64,000 nucleotides of DNA from positions 4,992,001 through 5,056,000 of the forward strand of contig CBDBGH010000003.1 in NCBI GenBank assembly GCA_965205265.1, read 5' to 3'. Below are positions 26,505 to 40,306 of the stretch, in pieces. A program made the translations under genes and the position numbers. The stretch comes from Alphaproteobacteria bacterium. GTDB taxonomy: Bacteria > Pseudomonadota > Alphaproteobacteria > Bin95. Each line of letters starts with the position of its first letter. The stretch's first letter is position 1. The notes below the pieces were generated by a model, which was not told the DNA's origin, searched no databases, and saw only the letters and a program-made list of their open reading frames with translations.

Positions 26505-27188
26505 TCACCGCCGTGGACTTGGTATGTCATGACACGCCCGAGCAGTCGTCCATGGCGAAATGTCCGGCGATGCCCAGGACGGTTGCAATGCCTCCAGATA
26601 GGCGGCTTCGCGCCGGTATCGCCGCGCGACGTCGGGATCGTCCATGTCCAGATGCTCCTGCAGTTCCTCGATATCGACGAGGTGCAGGTTGCGGCCGACG
26701 CGCTTGAGGTCGCGGTAGGCGGCCGGGGCCGTGGCGAGCCTGAGGCGCGGCGGGTCCATGACGATCGTATTGCGGACAATGTCGGCGGTGGACCGCTTCG
26801 TGTGCGTGAACTCGATGGTGCCGTAGGGGGTCCGGAACGTCCCCTTGCGCCCCGTCGTCATCACGGTGAGGTATCGCATGGGGAGCTGGGAGATGACGCC
26901 CCACTCCGAAAGGGCGCATTCCAGGCTGGTATAGTTGTATTCGCCGCCGCGCATCGCGGCGGCGATCTCCTCCAGCAGGCGTCCGTGGCTGCGCCGCGAC
27001 AGGGGGTTGAAGTAAATGCCCTTGCCGACCCGCTCGAGCAGGCCGGCCCGCACCAGGCGGCCCAGGCTTTCCGAGAGGGTCTTCGCGGACTCGTCCGGGA
27101 ACATCATCCGCATGTCCGGGAAGGTGAACACGGCGCGCCCGCACCGGTCCCGGTCCGTCAGCGTCCTGATGGCGGCGACAATGCGCAT
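26505..27188 (-). CDS. Type IV TA antitoxin, AbiEi family (orphan)
   Basis: wHTH LERVGKGIY, YTSLECALSEWGVISQ, TPYGTIEFTH. Confidence 0.85.
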   Translation of the reverse strand: MRIVAAIRTLTDRDRCGRAVFTFPDMRMMFPDESAKTLSESLGRLVRAGLLERVGKGIYFNPLSRRSHGRLLEEIAAAMRGGEYNYTSLECALSEWGVISQLPMRYLTVMTTGRKGTFRTPYGTIEFTHTKRSTADIVRNTIVMDPPRLRLATAPAAYRDLKRVGRNLHLVDIEELQEHLDMDDPDVARRYRREAAYLEALQPSWASPDISPWTTARACHDIPSPRR

Positions 27189-27356
27189 TCATCTACTCTC
27201 TCGGGAGTCATATACCAAGCATAAATATAGATGTTTTGTCCACTATTGTCAGCGGATGCATCCCGGTGCTGTTGTGCCGCCCCGGAGACGTGAGCACGCC
27301 CTTCCAGGACCCCATAGCTCCGGGGCCGACCCGACACCCGGGACGGCGTCCAGCGG

Positions 27357-27740
27357 TCAGGTGAACAGGTCGCAAAGAACGCCTGTCCATACGGCAGCAC
27401 AGGTCCAGAGGCTGACGAACACCGCCGCGCTGCCAAGGTCCTTGGCGCGCCCGGAGAGTTCGTGATCGTCCAGTGAAATGCGATCAACCGCGGTCTCGAT
27501 CGCGGAGTTCAGGAGTTCCACGATCAGAACAAGGAGCACGCTGGCGATGAGCATGGCTGTCTGCGTGCCGTTCGCCGGCAGCAGCAGGGCTGCCGGGACC
27601 AGCAGGGCAGCGGCCGCAAGCTCCTGTCGAAACGACCGCTCGTTCCTGGCGGCGCATGCAAGCCCCGACAGCGCGTGGAGCGCGGCGCGCCGGAGGCTGG
27701 CCAGGGGATGGGTGCCGTCGCCGGGACCGTGTCCAATCAT
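27357..27740 (-). CDS. dgkA: Diacylglycerol kinase
   Basis: ERSFRQE, ELLNSAIETAVDRIS, SGRAKDLGSAAV. Confidence 0.95.
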   Translation of the reverse strand: MIGHGPGDGTHPLASLRRAALHALSGLACAARNERSFRQELAAAALLVPAALLLPANGTQTAMLIASVLLVLIVELLNSAIETAVDRISLDDHELSGRAKDLGSAAVFVSLWTCAAVWTGVLCDLFT

Positions 27741-28960
27741 GGCTCAGCTGTTGAGGGCGGCGCCTGTCCGAAGGTCCTGCGCAGGGCCTCGGCTATGGCC
27801 ACGCACTTGTCCGCCCCTTCCGGAGACCATTGCTTCTCGGCAAGCCGGAGCGGCGTGTCGCCATGGTCATCTTCCGCAGTCGCGTCGGCCCCGGCGTCCA
27901 AGAGAAGCCGGACGCTGGCGAACGAGCCGTCGGCCGCCGCATAATGAAGCGCTGTTCTCCTCCAGCCGCCCTCCCGGGTGTCGGGGTCTGCCCCGGCCTG
28001 AAGGAGCATCTCGGCGATCCTGAGGTCGAAATCGGCATGCCGGGTCATGCCGATCGCCCGGATCAGCGGCGTATCCCGGCGGCCTTCGGACAGCAGGTTG
28101 GGGTCTGCCCCTGCCTTGAGGAGCATCTCGACGCACTCGGGCGTGTTGGCCCAGAACAGCGGCGACGTGCCGTGGCGGGTGTCGAGGCCGTTGGGGTCTG
28201 CACCCGCCTCGAGAAGATGGAGGACGGCCATGGGGCGCCCGTGGAACTGTTCCACAGCCCAATGGAGGGGAGGCCTGCCGTCTATGGTCCTGCATACGAG
28301 ATTCGGATCCGCACCGGCGTCGAGAAGCTGCTTGACGATATAGCCGGTTTCTCCGCCGGTCCGGGCGGCCTTGTGGAGCGGCGTTTCGCCGTGCCTGTCC
28401 TCCGCGTTCGGGTCGGCGCCGCGGGCGAGCAGGAGCGCGATCATGTCCCCGGCGAGCCGCCGCTCGCGCCCGGAGGAAAACTCCACCTCCTTCCGCAGGG
28501 CCGCGAAATGGAGCGCGGTCATACCGGATTTGGGGCTGCGCGCGTGAAGGTCGGCACCAGCATTCAGAAGGCTTTCGACGACCGCCGGGTGCCGACTCTT
28601 CTCCGCGGCTACCAGCAGCGGCGAGCGGCCCAGGCCGTTTCCTGCGTCGATCTCGGCCCCGGCTCCCACCATGGCCGCGATCACCTCGGGATTGGCGTTG
28701 GCCGATGCCGCATCGTGGAGCGGCGTGTCCTGCGAATGGCTGTCCCGGGCGTGGAGGTCCCCACCGGCCTCGACCAGCACGGAGATGATCGCGGGGTCGG
28801 AGGCCGTCAGCGCAGCCCGGTGCATGGCGCTCTTGCCGTCTGCGAACCGGCGGTTCGGGTCGGCCCCGGCCGCAAGCTGCCGCTTCACCTCCTCAAAGGT
28901 TGCCTCGCGGAAGAAGGTGTCCGTTCCCCATTCGGGGCTGGTAGAGGCCGACTGGTTCAT
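27737..28960 (-). CDS. Ankyrin-repeat protein
   Basis: About ten ANK units (TPLH.AA, LL.AGADPN). Confidence 0.95.
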   Translation of the reverse strand: MNQSASTSPEWGTDTFFREATFEEVKRQLAAGADPNRRFADGKSAMHRAALTASDPAIISVLVEAGGDLHARDSHSQDTPLHDAASANANPEVIAAMVGAGAEIDAGNGLGRSPLLVAAEKSRHPAVVESLLNAGADLHARSPKSGMTALHFAALRKEVEFSSGRERRLAGDMIALLLARGADPNAEDRHGETPLHKAARTGGETGYIVKQLLDAGADPNLVCRTIDGRPPLHWAVEQFHGRPMAVLHLLEAGADPNGLDTRHGTSPLFWANTPECVEMLLKAGADPNLLSEGRRDTPLIRAIGMTRHADFDLRIAEMLLQAGADPDTREGGWRRTALHYAAADGSFASVRLLLDAGADATAEDDHGDTPLRLAEKQWSPEGADKCVAIAEALRRTFGQAPPSTAEP

Positions 28961-28977
28961 TGTTCCCGGTCTCCCTC

Positions 28978-29820
28978 TCAGTACGGAATGTCCATGGCCC
29001 ACTCCGGCGGCGTCAGATCGAAATGCTGCCTTTCCACCCGCGGCTTCCCCGGCGGCGGGTGGATCGTGGCCTCGAAAGAGGCCGGATGCTCGCCGCCGAA
29101 CTCCAGCCAGCCTGTGAGAGACGCGCCGTCCTCGCAGGCATCGGCGTGGTGGATCCAGGCCAGGTCAAGGACCGCGGCGCGCAGGGCCTGCTCGAAGGCC
29201 TGCGGCTCGCAATCCTGGCTTTCCCATGTGCCGTCCAGGCGACGCTTGATGGCCTGGAGGCCTGTCACGGGCGTCAGGGGACCGGGATCCTTGCCCAGGT
29301 GCTCGATCCTGCCACGTCCAGCCTGGACAAACTCGGTCCTGCCGGTCCTGAAGCGCCCGTTGTGAGCCGAAAATTCGGCCCACAACTGGTCGATCCCGAC
29401 CCCCGAGACGAAGTTTCCGAGGCGGATCATGTTGCCATGGACAACCTCTGACAGGGCCTCGCGGTATTGCTGCTGCTCACCGGGCTCCATGAAAGCAGGA
29501 CGGAGAGGAATTCCCAGCAGCCAGCGCCCGGCGGCGCCGGCCTCGTGAGGGTGGAGGTCGATGTCGCCGAATTCGCCAGTGTCCGGATCGTAGCCGGCGA
29601 GAGCGATGAGCCGCATGCCGTCAGCGCCCGGGCCGTCCGGCCGCGGGAACTTCAACTCCGGCTCCAGACCGAACATTTCCCCTGAAGGCCCGGACAGGAG
29701 GTCCATGGCGCTGCCGTGGCCAAGGGCTGTCACGTCATACGCCCGGTCCGCGTCGCGGCCTGTGACGAGAAACAGGCGGCCGTGGGCATCCTCGTAGATC
29801 TGCCGGGGTTCCATCGCCAT
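28978..29820 (-). CDS. Protein with C-terminal diverged DUF6878-like domain
   Basis: HGNMIRLG...GIDQLWAEF...VTGLQ...FEQALRAAV parallels the array paralogs. Confidence 0.55.
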   Translation of the reverse strand: MAMEPRQIYEDAHGRLFLVTGRDADRAYDVTALGHGSAMDLLSGPSGEMFGLEPELKFPRPDGPGADGMRLIALAGYDPDTGEFGDIDLHPHEAGAAGRWLLGIPLRPAFMEPGEQQQYREALSEVVHGNMIRLGNFVSGVGIDQLWAEFSAHNGRFRTGRTEFVQAGRGRIEHLGKDPGPLTPVTGLQAIKRRLDGTWESQDCEPQAFEQALRAAVLDLAWIHHADACEDGASLTGWLEFGGEHPASFEATIHPPPGKPRVERQHFDLTPPEWAMDIPY

Positions 29821-29850
29821 TCGTCGGTTCCTTTCGGCGCGGTGTCCCGG

Positions 29851-30267
29851 TCAGGGTTCCATGCCGCTGGCGGCGGCCGGAGCGCTGTCCGGTACGGACG
29901 GCCAGTCATGCAGGTCGAGGAACCGGCGCAGCAGTGCCTTGTCCCCTCCCGGCAGCGGGACTTCGGTCCATGGGTCGTACCAGTCTCGGGCCATGAGCCG
30001 GACATGGTGCGGACTGCCTTCGTCGTCGAGGTCCGCGACAGCCTTGAGTGCCGGGCCGCCGCCAATCAGCACGGCCTCGACGCGGTCCTTCTCGCGCCCC
30101 TTGCCGTAAACGAGGCTGCGCAGCTCGTCGTAAACCTGGCCGGCAGTCTCATAGGCCTCTCCGTCGGGGACCTGGCCGGACCGCTCGATCCGGGCGGCGA
30201 GGCGAAAGAGATCCCGGATTTCCTCGATTTTCGAATTCGCCTGTGCGAATGCGCGCTCTGTGGTCAT
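29851..30267 (-). CDS. Hypothetical protein
   Basis: GGGPAL...DWYDPWTEV motif typical of a phage hypothetical family. RBS present. Confidence 0.6.
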   Translation of the reverse strand: MTTERAFAQANSKIEEIRDLFRLAARIERSGQVPDGEAYETAGQVYDELRSLVYGKGREKDRVEAVLIGGGPALKAVADLDDEGSPHHVRLMARDWYDPWTEVPLPGGDKALLRRFLDLHDWPSVPDSAPAAASGMEP

Positions 30268-30309
30268 GGTCAGTCCTTCGCCCGGTTCCCCAATTCCGCC
30301 GTCGCCGGT

Positions 30310-31089
30310 TCAGGCAGGCGAAGGCTCGGGAAGACCCGCGTCCGGGGAATCCCGAAACCGTTCCAGCGCCGTCCGTTCGACATGGTCCCACGGAATGCCG
30401 TTGCGTTCCGCATGGCCTCGCACGGCATTCCAGTCGAAGGGCGCCTCCCGGCCGTCCTTTTCAAGCCGGTCGCGTATCTCCGATGCAAATACCGCGACGG
30501 CCTTCTTGTAATCGATATCCTCTTCATACCAGCCCCTGTCCTGCATTTCGGCGGGCATTTCCTTGCGCCGGGCTTCGGCGATCCATATGCCCCCGTGGCG
30601 GATGGCGCTGATGAAGGTGACGCCCGGCGCAAGGGTCTCGGTGTTGTTGACGCCGCCCCAGGGCGTATGGATGGGGATTCCCCATTGCCGGTCCGGCGGG
30701 GTGTCCCACGCGGCCATGCCGTCGCAGTTCCGGGACGCCCAGAAGAAGATGTCGCCGCGAAAGTCCGCGCCATCGACCTGTGCGCCGTCGAGGTCCGGAC
30801 CGCGGCCCATCTCATGGGGAAGGGCTTCAAGGACCGTGCCCTGCAGTGAGGCGTTTCGGAAATCGGTTCCGTGCAGGTCCACCTCTTCAAGCACGGCCTC
30901 GTCGAGCCGGGAGCCGCGGAAGTCGGCCCGCGCGAGGTCGCAGCGAAGGAAACGGGCCCTGGAGAAATCCGCACCGGCCAGAACGGCACGCGCCAGATCG
31001 CCGCCTGCGACCTCGATATCCCGGAAATCGCGTTCGCCGGCCGCATGGCGGTCCTTGAGTTCATCGGCTGTCATTGTCCTCGCGGGCAT
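30310..31089 (-). CDS. Pentapeptide-repeat protein fused to a DUF7007-like domain
   Basis: AAGERDF plus ADFSR repeats, then TPWGG...LAPGVTF...HGGIW...WYEED. Confidence 0.85.
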   Translation of the reverse strand: MPARTMTADELKDRHAAGERDFRDIEVAGGDLARAVLAGADFSRARFLRCDLARADFRGSRLDEAVLEEVDLHGTDFRNASLQGTVLEALPHEMGRGPDLDGAQVDGADFRGDIFFWASRNCDGMAAWDTPPDRQWGIPIHTPWGGVNNTETLAPGVTFISAIRHGGIWIAEARRKEMPAEMQDRGWYEEDIDYKKAVAVFASEIRDRLEKDGREAPFDWNAVRGHAERNGIPWDHVERTALERFRDSPDAGLPEPSPA

Positions 31090-31176
31090 GGCTTCGTACC
31101 TCTTCGCGACCGCCGCATATCATGGGCCGGTTTCGTGAAAACGCGAAAGATCTCGCGGGCGGGCGAGCCCGGGAAG

Positions 31177-32124
31177 TCAGGAAAACGCTTCAGGTTCGGC
31201 GGATGGCCTGTGGAGGTTTTCCGCGAAACGGACTCCCTGCAGATCGGCCCCGTCAAGGACCAGGCCGGTTGCATCCTCCACGAGGCAGAAATCGAGCCTC
31301 CTGATCTCGGCTCCGGACAGGTCTGTCTCTACAAGTCTCGCTTCGGCGACCCTGGTGTCGATGAGGCGGGCCTTGCGGAGATTGGCCCTGGTGAAGGTGG
31401 CGCCCGCGGCGTCGGCCTCACAGACGAACACCCCCTCCATGTCGGCCTCGAAAAAACGGGTGCCGGTCATCCATGCCTGCTGGAAGTCCGATCCCGAAAG
31501 GTCTGCGGAGGTGAAACAGGCTTCCGTGAGGTCGGTTTCCTGGAGGCGCGTGTGGCGCATATGCGCCTCCGAGAAGTCGGCGCCGCGCAGGGATGCGTGG
31601 GAACCTGACCCATGCTCGAGAACCGCCTTGGTGAACCGGCCGCGGTCCAGGACCGCGTGGTCGAAGATGCAGAAGACCATGTTGCTGTGGTCGAACCGGC
31701 AGCCCGTCAGGCGCGCCCTTTTCAGTCTGGCTCCCTGAAGGTCCGCATAGTCCATTCTGGCGAGATTGAACTCCGCCCCGGAAAAGTCGGCATTCCGGAG
31801 TTTGGCGTCGGAGAAGACCGCATGATCGCCCCGCGCCCGGCAAAACCGGGCATCGGGGGCGACGGCATTGCGAAAGTCGGCGTCCTTGAGCCAGGCGTGG
31901 TCGAACTCGGCACGCTCGAGTTTTGCCTCGCGGAAGACGGCTCCCTCAAGGCGGCACCCGACGAACAGGGCCCGTCGGAGGTCGGCCCCGGAAAAGTCGG
32001 CTCCGCCCAGATCCGCGTTCTGGAAACCGAGGGCATCGAGCGAGGAATCGACGACGATTCCCCGGAAGTCCCGCTCGCCGGCGGCGTAGCGGTTGCGGAC
32101 GTCTTCGGGAGTTGTCGTCGGCAT
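31177..32124 (-). CDS. Pentapeptide-repeat protein
   Basis: YAAGERDF followed by long A(D/N)(L/F)xx repeats. Confidence 0.95.
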   Translation of the reverse strand: MPTTTPEDVRNRYAAGERDFRGIVVDSSLDALGFQNADLGGADFSGADLRRALFVGCRLEGAVFREAKLERAEFDHAWLKDADFRNAVAPDARFCRARGDHAVFSDAKLRNADFSGAEFNLARMDYADLQGARLKRARLTGCRFDHSNMVFCIFDHAVLDRGRFTKAVLEHGSGSHASLRGADFSEAHMRHTRLQETDLTEACFTSADLSGSDFQQAWMTGTRFFEADMEGVFVCEADAAGATFTRANLRKARLIDTRVAEARLVETDLSGAEIRRLDFCLVEDATGLVLDGADLQGVRFAENLHRPSAEPEAFS

Positions 32125-32271
32125 CGGCAATGACCTTCTTGCGGGCACCCATCATGGGACGGTTCCATGAAATAGGGAAACCGTGGTTTGGGGTTTTCAC
32201 CTGGCCGGGGGATAGTCGCGCGGGGCCTGCGAGGCCCGCGGCCGCGGGCAGACCATTCGGGAGGATCGGAT

Positions 32272-33225
32272 GTGAAGGATTTTACCGGAATGAGCGTGGC
32301 TGGACTACGGAAATACGTGCAAACCGGGGGATCCGTCACCGCTTGCGACAGGAGCGGCGCGACTTTGCTGCATGCGGCGGCGCTTCTCGGGGAGGCGGAA
32401 ACGGTCCGGGAGCTGCTGGCGGCAGGTGCCGACGCCGGTGCCGGCGACAATGGCGGACACACGCCGCTCCATCTTGTGGGACAGGGCGAGGCCGTGGAGG
32501 TCATCGGGGCCCTGGTCCAGGCCGGGGCCGACGTGAACGCGCGGGGGCGGTACGGCCAGACGCCGTTGCATGAAGTGGTGGGTTTCAAGGAGAACTTCAG
32601 CGACCGGGCGCGAGAGGCGGCCGCACAGGCGCTTCTCGATGCGGGAGCCGATCCGAATATCCGGTCGCGGATCGGCCGGACGCCGCTCGGAAACCTGGCG
32701 GGGGCCGGCGCCGCGCAGGTGCTGCTCGACGGCGGGGCCGATCCGAATATAGGCGATGTGGACGGCTTTACGCCCCTGCACCAGGCGGTATTCGCAAATG
32801 TCGAGGGACCCGCCTATCGGGACCGTTACCAGGCCTACCTCCGGTGCCTGATCGGTGCCGGCGCCGACCCGAACATGCCGGACAGGGACGGCCGGACACC
32901 CCTGCACTGGGCCGCCGGCCGCTTCGGCGACCTGGATTCGCTTCAACCGCTTCTCGACGGTGGCGCGGATCCCGACGTCCGGGACAATTTCGGGTGGACC
33001 CCTCTTCACAACGCCGCCTGGAAATCCGATGCGGACTCGATCCGGGTCCTGCTCGGGGGAGGCGCGGACCCGGGAATACCGACCCTGGAAGGCGTGACCG
33101 CTCTTGAGATGGTGGGCGGCATAAGCGTGTTGGGAGACCGTGACGGGCTGGAGGAAGACACCGCGGCGGCCCGGGAAGTCCTCGAAGGCGTCGATGACGG
33201 TCTGTCGGCGCCCGGTCCGGGATAA
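32272..33225 (+). CDS. Ankyrin-repeat protein
   Basis: Multiple TPLH units. GGGAGG RBS. Confidence 0.95.
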   Translation: MKDFTGMSVAGLRKYVQTGGSVTACDRSGATLLHAAALLGEAETVRELLAAGADAGAGDNGGHTPLHLVGQGEAVEVIGALVQAGADVNARGRYGQTPLHEVVGFKENFSDRAREAAAQALLDAGADPNIRSRIGRTPLGNLAGAGAAQVLLDGGADPNIGDVDGFTPLHQAVFANVEGPAYRDRYQAYLRCLIGAGADPNMPDRDGRTPLHWAAGRFGDLDSLQPLLDGGADPDVRDNFGWTPLHNAAWKSDADSIRVLLGGGADPGIPTLEGVTALEMVGGISVLGDRDGLEEDTAAAREVLEGVDDGLSAPGPG

Positions 33226-33338
33226 CGAGGTGTAGAGGTCCAGAGGTCCGATGAATGCGCCGGAATGGACGCGCCTCGGACGCTGAAATATAGTTACGTG
33301 CGACGGATATATCCGGAACGGGAAAGGGGTTCGGGGCA

Positions 33339-34706
33339 ATGGTGCAACTGGAAATGAGTTCGGACTGGGGATCGATCCGCGCACGGGAGCATGAGGTCAG
33401 GTTGAAGTGCCGGCCCGGCGGGGAATGGGCACCTGAGCGTCTGGGCCGCGGCTTTTCGGACCGTCGGCTCGTGATCTATGCCTCCGCGACCGAACCGGGG
33501 CGGGCTGTTTTCGATCTCGAGGTAGGGGGGGACGACGCGGAACAGTTTCCGGACCTCTGGACCAGGCTGGACCCCGTTGCCCTGATTCGTTCGGACAGCC
33601 TCCAGGAGGGATTCTACGCACCCCGGAACGGTGAGTTTAGCATTCCGGCGCCGGATGGCAGATACACGGCGACCCGCATTCTCGAGACGAGGCCCGAGAC
33701 GGTCGAGTTCCAGGATCTCCAGAGCGCCATGCCCGGGCGTCGCCCCCGCATCGTGTTGTATGAGCATGTCGCGGAGCCGGACAATGTGGTCTTCGCCCCC
33801 GGCATGCACGGGGCGAACTGGTGCCACTTCGAACCTGTCGCCCTTGCGCATGCCCCCGAAGGGCTGGTGTACGACGAGACGCGGGGATGCTGGATGTGTC
33901 CGGCCGAAGGGGAGCTGTTCGATGCGCGCGCAGTCCGGTCAGGAAAGACCCCGGTGGAGATACGCGAAATCGTGGAATTCCCGTGGCCCCGGAGGTACGG
34001 ACCTGGCGTGGCGGCATCCCCGCTATCGGAGCATGTCAGAAGCAGCGCCGACCACTACAGATCGTCTATTGCGACCAGACGGCATGTCATCTTCATGCGG
34101 CCGGGCATTCCCGGCACGGCGCAGTTCGACGTCAATGTGAATCGTCCATTCCGATGGACGTCGGACTGGCTTGCCTACCAACCGGCAGGCCTGGTCGAGG
34201 GGCGTTGGCTTGTCTGGCCGTGGCAAGACCGGATGACGGTGGCCGTGAAGGACGCTGAAGGGAAGATCTGCGATGCCGACGATGTCATCGCGGGGAGAGC
34301 GGCGGGAGTGACAGCGGAGCGGCTGGACAGGCCGACGCCTGCGGAAAGGGAAGCCCCTATCGGCTGGCTGCGGCGCCGCGCGCTGCTCCGGCCGCGGTGG
34401 GTGGACGAGGACCGGCGTGAAGACACCGTGGGTGTTCGTTGGCATGTCATCTACGGGAGCATGGGGACGCGGGAAAGGCCGTTTTTCGATGTCGACTGGG
34501 CTTGCGGCGGTTCCGGGCACTCGGGGACACTCTACGATTATGAACCGATCGCGCTGGTGCGCGGGAAGGGCCTGGGATCGCCGGCGAGGCGCCGGGTGTC
34601 GAGTTGCGGATGCTCACGGCAACCGCGTAGGGAGGGGCCCTCGCCGGCTTGTCCCGTCTCTCAGAACGCAGGAGCCTCCGGTCCGGCATCGGCCTCCTCG
34701 CGGTAG
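33339..34706 (+). CDS. Hypothetical protein
   Basis: 455-aa ORF with weak internally repeated beta-rich segments (FDLEV, FDVNV, FDVDW). Confidence 0.55.
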   Translation: MVQLEMSSDWGSIRAREHEVRLKCRPGGEWAPERLGRGFSDRRLVIYASATEPGRAVFDLEVGGDDAEQFPDLWTRLDPVALIRSDSLQEGFYAPRNGEFSIPAPDGRYTATRILETRPETVEFQDLQSAMPGRRPRIVLYEHVAEPDNVVFAPGMHGANWCHFEPVALAHAPEGLVYDETRGCWMCPAEGELFDARAVRSGKTPVEIREIVEFPWPRRYGPGVAASPLSEHVRSSADHYRSSIATRRHVIFMRPGIPGTAQFDVNVNRPFRWTSDWLAYQPAGLVEGRWLVWPWQDRMTVAVKDAEGKICDADDVIAGRAAGVTAERLDRPTPAEREAPIGWLRRRALLRPRWVDEDRREDTVGVRWHVIYGSMGTRERPFFDVDWACGGSGHSGTLYDYEPIALVRGKGLGSPARRRVSSCGCSRQPRREGPSPACPVSQNAGASGPASASSR

Positions 34707-36052
34707 AATTCCGGGTTGTGGCAGCTCTCGGCGAAATCCCAGGTCAGGTGGCGTTCTTCGGCTTGTCGCCGGACCCGGTCCCAGTCCAACTGCCTGCGGT
34801 CCATGCGGTCCAGGTAGGCCTCGATCTCCGACTTGAAGGCGGCCAGTGGCCGGATGGATTCGCCATCCTCTTCATACCAGGCCCGGTTCGGGGCGCGCGG
34901 CATGTCCTTTCTGCGTTCGGGGGCCAGCCATATCCCGCCATGGCTGGCCGTGCTGACCATGGCGATGCCCGGCGCCAGCACCTCGACATGCTGGATACCG
35001 CCCCAGGGACTGCTGTCTCCGTCCTTCGGATAGGGCCAGGGTTCGGGAATGTCACGCGGAGTGCCGCGTGCGCCCCGGAAATCGGCCCAGCGGAACATCG
35101 TGCCGTAGAAATCGGTTCCCGAGATGTCGGCCCCGTCGAAGACGGGCCCGAGCCCGAAAAGGTGTTCGCCGCGAAGAATGGCGCCCCGAAGGGAGCAGCC
35201 CGAGAAGTCGGTATTGCGGAAGTCTGCATCGGCGATCGTCGCACCATCGAACCGCGAGCCCTGGAACGAGGCGCCGGCGAACGACCCGTCGCACAGGACT
35301 GACTCCGAGAAGTCGGCCCCGTGGAGAACGGCCCCCGCCAGGTCGGGCTCGCCGAGCAACACGGTCCTGACTTCGACGGTTGATTCGCATAAGTAGTTGA
35401 TATTGCCTGGTTCTCATTTCGGCTAGGCACTACATCCGGCATTTCTTCGAGCCGTGCTTCGTCGACGGTCAGGCGAGTTGATACGGGGTGATCGTCAGGG
35501 GCAGCCCCATGGTTGCGTAAATCTGCTCCGCCGCCGGTGTCGGCTTCGAGGGGATGACGTAGCGGTTGCCCGATTGCCGACAGCGCAGCAGGGAGCACTG
35601 GCGGTGGACGAGGGCGGAGCGGATGACCTCCGGGGACATCCGCCGCTTCTGGATGGCGACGCGGTACGCAAGGTGTCGAACGCAGGCGAAGGCCAGGAAG
35701 GCGATGGCGATGTGAGCGCGGATCCGGTCCGGGTTCCAGTGCCAGATGGGACGTATCTTCAGGTCGTGTTTGGTGATCCGGAAGCTCTCCTTATAGCGCG
35801 ACAATCTGGGTGAGAGCCGCGCGTCAATCAGGATGAGATTCCCCGGCGGCATCGGCGAGTTGATGATTGTCGCGCGGGGCGCGGATTGCAAGCGGTTTCG
35901 GATTTTGATTGTCGCGGCGCGACAAACAAGGTTTTCGGAGAGCGTTTTGATTGTCGCGGGGGGGCCGTCGGGTCGGAGAAGAGACGGCCCGCGGAGGCGA
36001 TTCCCGCGGGCCGTGAGTGTTGTGGCCGCTGGGCCGATCTGGCGGCAGCGGT

Positions 36053-38400
<2,348 letters not shown>

Positions 38401-38469
38401 CTACTCGGAAAAACGTCACCGTTCGCCCAGCCGACCGACCCCGCCAGAAGGTCCAGGAAAAATTTTTTG

Positions 38470-38528
38470 AGGCGGCGGCCCGGAACTCCGGTCGGGCTAC
38501 GCCCTCCCTCCGTTCCGGGCCGCCGCCT
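38470..38528. repeat. 17-bp stem enclosing the same 25-nt core as 11794-11850
   Basis: AGGCGGCGGCCCGGAAC / GTTCCGGGCCGCCGCCT around TCCGGTCGGGCTACGCCCTCCCTCC. Confidence 0.8.
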
Positions 38529-40306
38529 TCCCCCGTCTCATCCTGATTGTCGCCAGCGTCTCAAGCTGATTGTCGCGCCGCATCTCCTCGACCTGCCAGA
38601 GCCCCTGGTAGTGAGCCATCACTTCGGTGACGCGCGCGTCGCGCAGATTGGTGATGACGCCGGTGAGCCCGTCCCATCGTGCGGCCTCGGCGATCTTCTC
38701 CGGGTTCACCGTGAGCCGTGCGTCGCCCTCGACGGCGATGAAGCGCTTCGCCCCGTGATTGGAGAGCAGTTCCCTGGGATTGTCGCTGCGGGCCAGCCTG
38801 TCGAGCAGGCGTTCCACCTGATGGCGGCGCTCGTGCGCGTCCTTGCGTGCGCGCTGGGGGCAGAAGACGACGATCAGGCGACGGCCCTTGTACTCCCACT
38901 CGCCGACCCGGCGGTCCTGTGAGCCCTCCAGCGGGGCATAGGTCCCGGGGTCGAGAACCTGCCCCAGCAGCGCGAGCGGCAGCTTGCGCAGCCGCGCGCC
39001 GACGACATACTCGCCGCCGATGGCGTCCATGGCGTCGAGGTTGTCGGCGCTCAGCATGCCCCGGTCGGCCACGCATACCGTGCGCTCCACCTGGTGGCGG
39101 CGCTGCATGTCCTGCAGGACCGGGACCATGCTGTGTCCCTCGTAGGTGGCGCCGGGGAAGACCTCGTAGCTGATCGGCAGCCCTTCGCGCGTCACCATCA
39201 GCGCCAGCAGAACCTGCGAGTCCTTGTGTTTGCCGTCCTTGCTGAAGCCGTGCTGGCGAAGCTCGTCCTCGGCGGCCGTCTCGAAGTAGAGCGTGGTGCA
39301 ATCGAAGAAGAGGATCGCGACCGGCTCCGGCAGCAGCGACCGGCTCGCCTCGCCGACGCGCGTGCGCAGTCGCTCGATCACCGTCGCGTCGAGCTGATCC
39401 ATCATCCGGTAGACCTTCTCGAGCGGAAGACTCACGCCGAAGTCCTCCTCGAGCCGGCGCACGCTGCCCCGCTTGCTGTCGGGGTTGGCTACCCGCGCCA
39501 TCACCACATGGAACAGCGCGTCATGGGAGGCCCGGTAGCGCGAGCGCGGCAGCAGCGCGTCGAGGCCCAGCAGCCGGTAGATCTCGCCATAGACCTCGTG
39601 GATGCCTGTGATCAGGCGCTGCTCCTCTTCAAGCTGCTTGAGGTCGACCGGGAGTTCCTCCTTGCCGTCCCCCCGGCGGCCGACACGGATCGCCTGCTCA
39701 GCGATCTTCTCGGGCGCAAACAATGCCGGCTGACGCTCGTCCTCCAGCTTCGCCTTGACGTACTCGCCGAGCTGCCTCAGGCGCTCGAGCTCGTCCTCGT
39801 CCATGGCCACGCCGACATGGCGGACGATGCGCTGTCGGACCTTGCCGCCGTCGCGCACGGCCTCGACGATCTGGACCGAGCGTCGCGGGCTGTTGGGGGA
39901 GGTCTTGATGCGCACGAACATGGGGGGAGTGTAGCGCGTGGCGGAGGCATTGACAGTCTCAAAGATTTACTAGGCACTACAACGCAGCTTGACCGCACCG
40001 CAACTGCCAACTCATTGGCTTTACTGAAAACTCCAGACGCGAGATCGGTCAGAAGTCAGCCCAACCGTCGAAGTCAGGACGGTCTTCCGGAAATCGCGCT
40101 CGCCCGCGGCGTAACGGGCGAGCAGGTCTTCGTCGGTCATGCGGGGCACCGTTCCCTCCGGGTTTCCGGCCAGTGCGCGCATTATGCGCCGGAGGTCTGA
40201 AAGGGCATAGCCGCGCTGGCGCCTTGGCTGCTTGCGGGTATTGCGGAGGTGCTTCGCGCGAATGGAAGCCGCCTGCCGGGCGGACGCGGGGATTCCCGCC
40301 TGTCGG

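Noticed and set aside
35792-35960. Repeated TGATTGTCGCG units resembling an array or iterons
   Set aside because: These are the subterminal transposase-binding repeats typical of IS21 ends.
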